A DNA stretch of 64,000 nucleotides from Octopus vulgaris (taxonomy: Eukaryota). The stretch covers positions 108,314,001-108,378,000 of the forward strand of contig OX597818.1 of assembly GCA_951406725.2 (NCBI GenBank), given 5' to 3'. A program made the translations under genes and the position numbers. The notes under the pieces are model-generated. The model was not told where the DNA came from, ran no database searches, and saw nothing but the letters and a program-made list of their open reading frames with translations. Below are positions 54,782-64,000 of the stretch, piece by piece (within the stretch, counting starts at the first letter, position 1; every line of letters begins with the position of its first letter).

Positions 54782-55126
54782 CAATAGAGTCTGATTATTG
54801 AGACTCAGATGGAATACAGCAATACCATGACTGCTGACCATTTTAGGGAACAGGTAAAGAACAGACTTTGTGACATAACTGTAATTGTTCTTGGACAATT
54901 GTAAGTTGAGGTTAGTCAATGATTGTGTGATATGAGGCAAATTTGGTTACCTATTTCTAGCTAATCAAGTACCGTTTTACCTGATTGTTCAATACCAATT
55001 ATCTGTAAATTGGTATCAATAGCAGTGGCTTGGTAGGACCAATGGTGCATCAGTGATTTTGAAATATCCCTGGGGATTAACTGATTGAATTATTAATCAG
55101 TATTAGTGCTGATCTGTAGAAGACTA

Positions 55127-55690
55127 TACAACGTCTGATCAAAAAGTATCGGAACTGGGGCTATGAAAAGGAAAAACTACAACACATTCCAACTTGGCAT
55201 TTAATTTCCTTCAAAGTTCTCCCCTTCTGAAACCAACTATTTTATCGGCATTTTTTCCATTGGTGGAAATATTCCTGGAATATTTTTTTATAGATAGCAA
55301 GCAGCTGCCTTGTTGCATGCTCTTGGATTTCCTTGGTATCTTGAAATCTTATTGGGGGTGGGGGGAGTCTTCCACTGCAAAAGCTGAGCCTTGGTTTCAG
55401 GACCACAGCATAAGACATCCCCTGTTACAACCATTTCCAAAATGGTTTTGTCTTCCTCAGCACAATCAAAAAGATTCTGCACAGCTGAAACCTAATCTTT
55501 TTGTGACAACCACACTCTACACACTTCCCTTCCAGGCATTGCTGTAAACAACACAACTAAGCAGGAACATTATAACTTAGTGGGCAGCACAACAGACTTC
55601 GAAGCCAGTCTCAGCCAAGTGGTTTCACTCTATGTACTTTAGCTCTGTTACCATAACAACAGTTCCAATACTTTTTGATCAGACTTTGTA
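55127..55690 (-). mobile_element. Internally deleted mariner element with intact TIRs and TA target duplication
   Basis: TA|TACAACGTCTGATCAAAAAGTATCGGAACTG ... CAGTTCCAATACTTTTTGATCAGACTTTGTA|TA; internal VVTGD...PETKAQ..QWK motif. Confidence 0.9.
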
Positions 55691-56289
55691 TACCTGCCCC
55701 CAAAATAAAGTACTCCTCAAGTATTAGAGTCATTATATAATAGAGTGTACTCACTTTAAAATAAAGCACCACCAAAGTACTACACTTCCCTAAAAAAGTA
55801 CCAACCAAGAATTAAGTAATTATAAAATCAATTATATTCCTCCCTGAAAATAAATGACTAGTCATGTGCTGGGAACATTATATAATTCACTTTACCTCCT
55901 CACTCCAAAATAAAACCCATCAAGTTTTGGGGTCATTGTATAAAACATTATATTCCCTTCCAAATCTTGGTGGTCTTGTATATTATTTAGTAATATTATA
56001 TGCATAATTCAGACAACAAGCTGACAGAGTTGGTGGGCAAAATGGGTATAGGGGTTGAATAGGTTAACTTTATGCTTCCATAGCAAATTTCTAGCCATCT
56101 ACCTTTGTAAGAAAGAATTATTTTATATTTTTTGCTCACACATATTAGTAAAATATTTTTTCTCTGCTCATAGAGAGTATTTAAGAGTGTGTACATGTGC
56201 CAACATTGTCCTCATACACAAAGTCGCCATTAAAATGGAAGACACTGATTTTGTACTTATTCCCGCTTCATGAGCAATTTGCTGGGCTG

Positions 56290-56763
56290 TTACAGGATGG
56301 CCTTCCATGACTATTCACCAAACTTTCACAATTGGCTCCTCATTTCAACTTCTAGATGACTTGCCTGAGCCTGCCTCTCTCTCTCTCTCTCTCCACTGAG
56401 GAGCAGCCATGTTTGAAGGGATTGTACCACTCTTTGATTAGAGTTTTGTCAAATACATCCTCACCAAAAACCTGCTGAATCTCGTGGATGGTTTCAGTTT
56501 GAGTATCAGCAAGTTTGGCGCAAAATTTGATGCAATACCCCTGCTTGATGCATTTGGTCATCTTGTGTGAAAATGAAAATCTGACAGGTGAACATTACAT
56601 GTCTGTACTCAAGATATAACAGCTGCAAACTGATGGGGGCCGACCAGCACAAAACCTTTCACACATGTGCAGGAAGGGTGACATCACCTTCTGCCCAAAA
56701 GATTTTGCCCACTCGACACTAGTTTTGGCAAGAAAATTGGATACTCTTTGAATGCACCTTGTA
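56290..56763 (-). mobile_element. Mariner 5' fragment
   Basis: End TACAAGGTGCATTCAAAGAGTATCC; ORF QGYCIKFCAKLA.T.TET...IQQVFGED......IKEWY..FK.G. Confidence 0.8.
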
Positions 56764-56817
56764 TATGTGTACATTACGTGTGTGTGTGACAATATTTGCA
56801 GTTATATATAAATATAA

Positions 56818-57508
56818 CGTGCTGATGACACGTAAAAGCACCATCCGTTCGTGGCCGTTTGCCAGCTCTGTCTGGCCCCCGTGCCGGTGACACGTAAAAG
56901 CACCATCCGCTCGTGGCCGTTTGCCAGCCCTGTCTGGCCCCCGTGTCGGTGGCATGTAAAAGCACCATCCGTTCGTGTCCGTTGCCAGCCTCACCTGGCC
57001 CCTGTGCTGGTGATACGTAAAAGCACCATCCGTTTCGTGGCTGTTTGCCAGCTCTGTCTGGCCCCCGTGTTGGTGGCACGTAAAAGCACCATCCGTTCGT
57101 GTCCGTTGCCAGCCTCGCCTGGCCCCCGTGCCGGTGACATGTAAAAGCACCATCTGTTTCGTGGCCGTTTGCCAGCTCTGTCTGGCCCCTGTGTTGGTGG
57201 CACATAAAAGCACCATCCGTTCGTGTCCGTTGCCAGCCTCGCCTGGCCCCGTGCCGGTGACACGTAAAAGCACCATCCGTTTGTGGCCGTTTGCCAGCTC
57301 TGTCTGGCACTTGTGCGGGTGGCACGTAAAAAGCACCCAGTACACTCACGGAGTGGTTGGCGTTAGGAAGGGCATCCAGCCGTAGAAACACTGCCAGATC
57401 TGACTGGGCCTGATGAAGCCTTCCAGCTTCACAGACCTCAGTTGAACCGTCCAACCCATGCTAGCATGGAGAACGGACGCTAAATGATGATGATGATGAT
57501 GATGATGA
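56818..57508 (+). mobile_element. RTE 3'-end copy with eight ~61-bp units
   Basis: 8 tandem units (56831-57325), then the conserved core and (GAT)n. Confidence 0.92.
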
Positions 57509-58160
57509 TAATGTGTGTATTGTCTATGTATGTATGTATATGTAAACTGATAGGTAGATAGAGACAGATATGTATATCTACCTACACATATGCATATATA
57601 CACATGTATATATATATATGTATATATAACTATAGATAGATAGATAGAGACTGACAGATATGTATATCTATCTATGTATATGTATGTATATATACACATA
57701 TGGATCTATATATATACACACACATACATACATATGTGTGTATGCATGTGCATTATATGTATGTATGAGCTTTGGTGCCATTAGTGACGCACAGCTCGTG
57801 ATGTACCCAAACTCCATCTTTTTAATGGTTTGTATATGATGAGGTAGAAAGGAAAGTGAGGTGAAGGATGTGAAATATGGTGAATCTAATCAAGAGGTTC
57901 CCTTTTATCGTCTTGAATGTCTGGCGGAGGAAACGAATGAAGTTTGACTGGTAATTAAAGGATTCAACTCTGATTTCATATTTTGTTTCTGTGAACTAAT
58001 GAAGGGAGTGGGGCTCGGCCCCTGACCTTTGCAGGTGATTCTTCACTAATGTGATAGATTAAACAGATGTCCATATGAATATCTGTCGCTTGATGTCTAC
58101 TGGTAAAACAACAGCAGAGAAGGAATCAGGTTTTTAGTGTGTGCACTTGCAACTGATTGA

Positions 58161-58462
58161 CAAAGGTGGGCAATATCAAGTGCAAAGTCAACTTCGTTAA
58201 CCATTAAACCGTTCACCAAAAAGTTAACTTTGATAACTGTGAATCGATAAACTGTTAATGCTAATTTTTATTATAGAAAAATTTTTTAAATCAGCTTTTG
58301 CCCTAAAACCACCTGGAAACACCTTTAATGAAACCCATTAACTTCAATTGAATCGAAGTTAACAGAAGTTAACTCAAGTTGACTTCAGTTAACAGAAGTT
58401 AAATGTAATGGAAGTTAATTAGTCGGATAATGATTTCCAAAGTTAACTTAAAAGTTAAATTA
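58161..58462. mobile_element. Transposon end with dense AAGTTAAC subterminal repeats (hAT-like)
   Basis: More than 10 GTTAAC-like motifs following CAAAGGTGGGCAA. Confidence 0.45.
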
Positions 58463-58639
58463 TTAACCCTTTCGGCTGAAACCGGCTCTGGCTCTGTAGT
58501 ACAAATGTCTTGTTTTCATTAGTTTTGAATTAAAATCTTCCACCAAACCTTAGTCACAATTTATGTTCCTAACACTAGCTTAATAGTAACTAAGTTATTT
58601 TACTAAATTCTTTGTTATATTTAAAATTAATTGAAAGAA

Positions 58640-58645
<6 letters not shown>
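58463..58645 (+). mobile_element. piggyBac-like MITE end
   Basis: TTAA|CCCTTTCG start; the other end is not seen. Confidence 0.4.
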
Positions 58646-58691
<46 letters not shown>

Positions 58692-58712
58692 GTATATATA
58701 TACATATATGTG

Positions 58713-59010
58713 ATCACGTAACCAACCAGACCATCAGATGTTGTTACACATCGCTAGTCACAATGCATTCACATTATTTTAGCCTTCGAATGACGCCACC
58801 CCGCTGGCTAAGCGAACAGGCCTACAGAAGAAAGAGTGAGAGAAAGTTGGGGCGAAAGAGTACAACAGGGATCACCACCCCCTGCCGGAGCCTCGTGGAG
58901 CTTTTAGGTGTTTTCGCTCAATAAACACTCACAACGCCCAGTCTGGGAATCGAAACCGCGATCCAGCAACCGCGAGTCCGCTGCCCTAACCACTAGGCCA
59001 TTGCGCCTCC
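58713..59010 (-). mobile_element. SINE family 4 (young copy, CpG-rich)
   Basis: GGAGGCGCAATGGCCTAGTGGTTAGGGCAGCGGACTCGCGG...GGTTTCGATTCCC (tRNA-like head with A/B boxes). Confidence 0.85.
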
Positions 59011-59049
59011 ACATATACATATATGTATATATACATAAATATATATACG

Positions 59050-59221
59050 ATGATGGTGCCACATAAAAGGCAGCCAGTGCATTCTGTAAAGTGTTTGGCA
59101 TTAGGAAGGGCATCCCTACCAAAACAGACAACTGGAGCCTAAACTTCAGCTGGTCAGCTCCTGTCAAACTGTCCAAACCCTGCCAGCATGAAAAGCAGAC
59201 ATTAAATGATAATGATGATGA
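59050..59221 (+). mobile_element. RTE 3'-end copy
   Basis: GGCATTAGGAAGGGCATCC core and GCCAGCATGAAAAGCAGACATTAAATGAT tail. Confidence 0.8.
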
Positions 59222-59367
59222 TACACTTACGCATAGACATGTCATTAAGAGTTCAATCCTAATGTATGACATCCTGGCCATTTGTCTTCTCCTGTAGTCT
59301 TAGGTCGATGAATGTCTTGTGTGGTAACTTATTGGTCATGTACTTGCATGTGTATATATATGTAACT

Positions 59368-59575
59368 ATGTGTGTGTGTAGACATCTGAATGTGTGAAAG
59401 AGAGAGAGCATGTGCATATGCGTGTGTGTGTTGTGTGTATTGTGTATGAGTGTGTGTGTGTAGACATGTGAATGTGGCAGCATGTGGATATGCGTGTGTG
59501 TGTTGTGTGTATTGTGTATGAGTGTGTGTGTGTAGACGTGTGAATGTGGCAGCATGTGGATATGCATGTGTGTGA
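59368..59575. repeat. 72-bp tandem repeat (~2.5 copies) built on TG microsatellite
   Basis: GCATGTG(C/G)ATATGCGTGTGTGTGTTGTGTGTATTGTGTATGAGTGTGTGTGTGTAGAC.TGTGAATGTGGCA is repeated. Confidence 0.85.
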
Positions 59576-61015
59576 GTGTGTATTTGTATTTACTGTCATA
59601 AATGAATGAAAATTCCTTTCAGTTATTTACTTCATAAAATGAAATTCCAAAAGGAAACATTGACCCCACATCTGTTCCCTAAATAAGGGTCGTTTCCATG
59701 AGTAGCAGGCTAAGTATAAGATTAGGTGTGATAAACTAAAACCATTGTTATAAGTACTCCAGAATGACAATAATCCACTGAGTAGAACCAATAAAAGAGT
59801 TCCGTCTGAGATAATAATCTTGTGTTCCTTGTTAGGAGTTGCGTTCCTTGATATCTTTGAAATAAGGGAACGACATCACAAGAAATCTCAGTCAATTTTC
59901 CTTTTTTTCTTTCTCTTGTGGTTCTGTTTCTATTACAAGAATTTTTTTTAAAAATATGTTTTCATATTTATTGATTGAATTTTTTTATATATATATTTGT
60001 TTGGAGTTAAATCGTTGTTGTTATATTGTTGTTGTTATTTGGTATTGTTAGTGGAGTTATTTATGTTGATGTGAGGTTTGTTGCTGTATCTTGGTGTTGT
60101 TGTTGTTGTTGTTGTTGCTGTTGTTATCACATTTTGGTTTGTGGCTTGGAGATAAAATAACAGACACAATGAGTGCAAGTAGCTATTCTAGCAGAGATTA
60201 TTTCTAGCGTGTGTTTATGTATGTGTATATGCATGTATGTACCTACATATGTACATATGTGTGTACGCATGCATGTGTGTGTGTGTGCATGTCTCCTACA
60301 CACACACACACACACACAGTGCACACATATACGTGTATATATATAATATTCATAAGTAGAAGCACGAGTATTTTTTTATATACATATATACATTTTTATA
60401 TATGCGTGTGTGTATTTGTATATACATATAAACATATACATATATGTGTGTGTGTGTATCTGTGTGTGTGTGTATAATATGTACATATGAATACATATAT
60501 ATATATATTTACATATAGATACTCACCTGTGCAAGTATGTGGGAGTATATATATATATATAAGCATATAAAAATATATATATATATACATATATAGATGT
60601 AGACATATATATATGTACACACATATGCATATATATATATATGTGTGTGTGCGTGTGCCTGTGTGTATGTATGTATGTATTTATATATATATATATAAAC
60701 ATTAAGCAATACTTGAAGCAAAAAGTAAATACTTGCATCACACATATACACAGACACACATCCACATGCCATATACACTCCACACACACACACACACACA
60801 TATGTACATGCACAAAAGTAACAATAAACATCAAGAACAACAACAACAAGCCATTGCTGATAACATCTAAGGTACAAGTGTTAGAGATATCATTAAAGAA
60901 ATTCTTAGAGATTCCTATCAGATCTTAGCACTTTGCTTAGGATAAGACACAGAGACTTAGTGAATTATATTGCAGCTATTTTGATGATGCTGCTGCTGCT
61001 GTTGTTGTTGTTGTT

Positions 61016-61064
<49 letters not shown>

Positions 61065-62354
61065 CTGTCATTTCTGTTTAATTAAGAACAAGTGATTCAG
61101 TCAGCTTAACCTCGTTGTAGGTCACCCATTTGCGTGTTACCACATCATCTGTCCTGGGAATCGGTGCATTATAGCAGTTGTCAAGGTGACAAAAATTATT
61201 AGATTTTATGTATTTCCATCTACCTTTACCATTAATTCCTTTGCATGTTTTTTTTTTGTTTCGGTGGTTTTTTGTTTAATATGTTGAGAGTGAGTTTCTC
61301 TTCCTTTCTTTTTTTTTGCAGCTTGTGTTTCTACTTATACATGGTGTATACATTAATGTATTGTATATATATCTATGTGGTGCATATATCTATGTATGTA
61401 CATGTTTGTGTATGTGTGTACTTGTAAATGTAGCAAGGGTCATATAAGTGTCACAGACAATGACAAATCGGTTTTAACCCCTAACACACACATCAGTTCT
61501 TCCAGTCGGCTGCCCCACATGTATCCTCTCACAGAGCAACTCCCTATCGACACCTAATGTATTATTCCAGTGCCTGCTCTATTCTCCCATTCTACATTAA
61601 TCCGTTTAAAAGATAACCACCTCATAATATATTGTTCCAGTAATAATACCTGATGCTTTCCACCCCCTACCCCCTGCCAATTATTTATTATAGTCCACTT
61701 TGGTAAAGATTTACTCATGATCCATTGTGCCAATACTTTCTGATTTCACCCAAAATATATCACTCTGGGCCTTAATGACTTTCCCAATAATGCGTTGCAG
61801 CAATATTTGAGGGGTTTTTTTCCCCATAATTCCTTGCTGCAATGCGACATGAATTTTTTTACACAATCCATTAGTTCACACTTTGGACATTTTTCCCATA
61901 ATGCATTGTTCTTGCGTAATAATTTAAACAATTTCATTGCTGCTTATGTTCCTATAGAGACTTACAAATATTCAGAATCTTCTATTGAATATCATTCATT
62001 TCATCTGGGTTACATCTCTTTATGCCAAGGTGGATTTTGCCATTTGGTAGAAAAAAGAAATACAAAGGACTAGGATTGGCAGTGGTGCTGTAGCATGGCC
62101 ACAATTTAATGAATAAGATTAATTAAAACAATACCTTAATATCTTCATAGATATAGGCATGATTGTGTGGTTAAGAAGTTTGCCCCCGAACCTCTTGGTT
62201 TGAGGTTCAATCCTATTGCACAGCATCCCACAGTTTCATTTGAGTAAAAAAAAGAAGAAAACTGATGATGTTAACCATTCTTGTAGGCATTAGAACCAGA
62301 TGCTCTGTGCTTCCAAAGACCTCCAGAATAAAAAAAAATTACCTATTTAATAAA

Positions 62355-62456
62355 GCAGGTAAGGGTGGATAGCAGGAAAGAGCATGCAACCACAAAAGCC
62401 TCATTTCATATACTTCCTGTCCAACCCATGCTGACATAGAAAAACAGACGTTAAAC
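62355..62456 (+). mobile_element. Degenerate RTE 3'-end copy
   Basis: GTCCAACCCATGCTG.CAT.GAAAACAGACGTTAAAC. Confidence 0.65.
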
Positions 62457-62689
62457 AAGCAAGTGGGGGTATCTCCATTAATGATTATCGAGCTTGCTCT
62501 TTCTGTTTATCATCACAGTCTCATCAGAGATAAGAAATGATTGTCAATAATTTCCATTCTTTTAATGCAGATCATATTTGAAAGAAGAATTCCCTCAGAC
62601 ACTACAAGACAAAAATATTTTTAAATCAGTAACATTTCATATTTTGGAAATGACAGCAACCTTTATAACACCATCGATCTAATGGCCTT

Positions 62690-63056
62690 TCTGTTTTTTA
62701 CTTGTTTCACTCATTAGACTGTGACCATGCTGGGGCACTGCCTTGAAGAATTTCAGTCAAATGAATTGATCTGAGTACATTTTTTTTAAAGTTTGGTACT
62801 TATTCTATCGGTCACTTTTGCTGAACTGCTAAGTTATGGGGACATAAACACACCAACACTAGTTGTGAAGTGAAGCAGGAGACAAACACCGACACAAAGA
62901 CACACATAGATAGTTATGTATATAAGAAGGGCTTCTTTCAGTTTCCATCTACCGAATCCACTCACAAGGCTTTGGTCAGCCTGAGGCTATAGTAGAAGGC
63001 ACCTGCACAAGGTGCCACACAGTAGCATTGAACCCTGTGGTTGGGAAGCAAACTTC
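62690..63056 (-). mobile_element. SINE family 2
   Basis: Same tail, body and head as 14095-14478. Confidence 0.85.
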
Positions 63057-63287
63057 TTATTTCTTTACTACCCACAAGGAGCTAAACACAGAGGGGACAA
63101 ACAAGGACAGACAAACAGATTAAGTCGATTACATCGACCTCAGTACGTAACTGGTACTTATTTAATTGACCCCGAAAGGATGAAAGGCAAAGTCGACCTT
63201 GGCGGAATTTGAACTCAGAACGTAGTGGCAGACAAAATACCGCTAAGCATTTTGCACGGCATGTTAACGTTTCTGCAAACTCGCCGC
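63057..63287 (-). mobile_element. Nin/Deu-core SINE abutting another SINE's head
   Basis: Near-identical to 12425-12650. Confidence 0.88.
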
Positions 63288-64000
63288 TGAGTGGTTGCTT
63301 AATCAACCAATCACTTGAAACTACTGTGGTCTCATTGTGATGTCTAACTACCTGCCTAGTGGTTTGGTTTCAAATCACTGCTAATGTATCAAAGTTTGTT
63401 ATATAAAATCCCATTTCTATATGCTTCTGTGTGTTTCCACATTATCTTCAGAGCTTACCAAAGATGATATCAACCATTTTTACCTGTGTGGTAAGAAGCA
63501 AACTTCTTACCACACAGCCATATCTGCACCTCTAAATAAGAAAAAATTGCAATTTAAAGATTTCTATAGAAAATGGTTTTCAATTATTAATACCGATCAC
63601 TCAGACAAACTTGTGAGCAATACTAATAATGAACTAATCAACATCTCACATTAAACAGGATTTAAACTAGCTTCAGAATCAAATTCACAAAATTTCATTT
63701 CCATTCATCTGATATTTTAAAAATTTATCAATGAAAGATAAGATAAAAAATATTTTTCTTAAAAAAAAAACATATGCAAATATAGAAATGATTATTCAAA
63801 TTAGTTATGATAAATAACTATTTTAAGACTCATACCTGGATTTGATGTAATGTGCTTAATTTAAATATTCATCTCACTTGTTCTGGACATAGTAAGCATA
63901 TTTTCATACTAGAAGAAAATTTAGAAATTCTGTATTAATAAAATTAAAATTTATTTCACTACTTTGCAAAGTCAGTTAATGTTTATTGCATCTGTATCAG

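Noticed and set aside
56831-57325. CRISPR-like appearance of regularly spaced repeats
   Set aside because: The whole unit repeats (no unique spacers), the context is eukaryotic, there are no cas genes, and it is part of the LINE 3' UTR.
58940-59010. Possible tRNA gene
   Set aside because: The tRNA-like A/B boxes are the head of a SINE whose body continues and recurs at 23863-24172.

Overview
AT-rich, microsatellite-saturated animal genomic DNA (large intron or gene desert). The repeat families I recognise from memory point to a coleoid cephalopod, most likely Octopus; this is an inference, not a database result. No host protein-coding gene can be called with confidence, and almost all ORFs in the supplied track are translations of (TA)n/(CA)n/(CAT)n repeats. 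The real content is transposable elements. These include one 5'-truncated RTE-clade LINE with a long open RT frame and an embedded C4HC3 (PHD-like) finger (27159-29351), and about 17 further 3'-end copies of that family carrying a variable-number ~61-bp repeat. There are also older RTE and L1/Tx1 relics, a same-orientation nest of R4/Dong-type (RLE) LINE fragments in (AAT)n tracts, three or four tRNA-derived SINE families, mariner and DD37D(maT) relics, two non-autonomous Helitrons and hAT/piggyBac-like MITEs. The most notable observations are a 117-bp 28S rRNA fragment inserted into the terminal hairpin of an RTE tail (1763-1879), at least two minimal type-I hammerhead ribozyme motifs (30753-30798 +, 49236-49303 -), the PHD-in-RT LINE with an in-frame internal deletion, a higher-order A/B minisatellite in the LINE 3' UTR, and a head-to-tail SINE triplet with conserved spacers. 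Boundaries of degenerate elements are approximate (about +/-10-30 nt).
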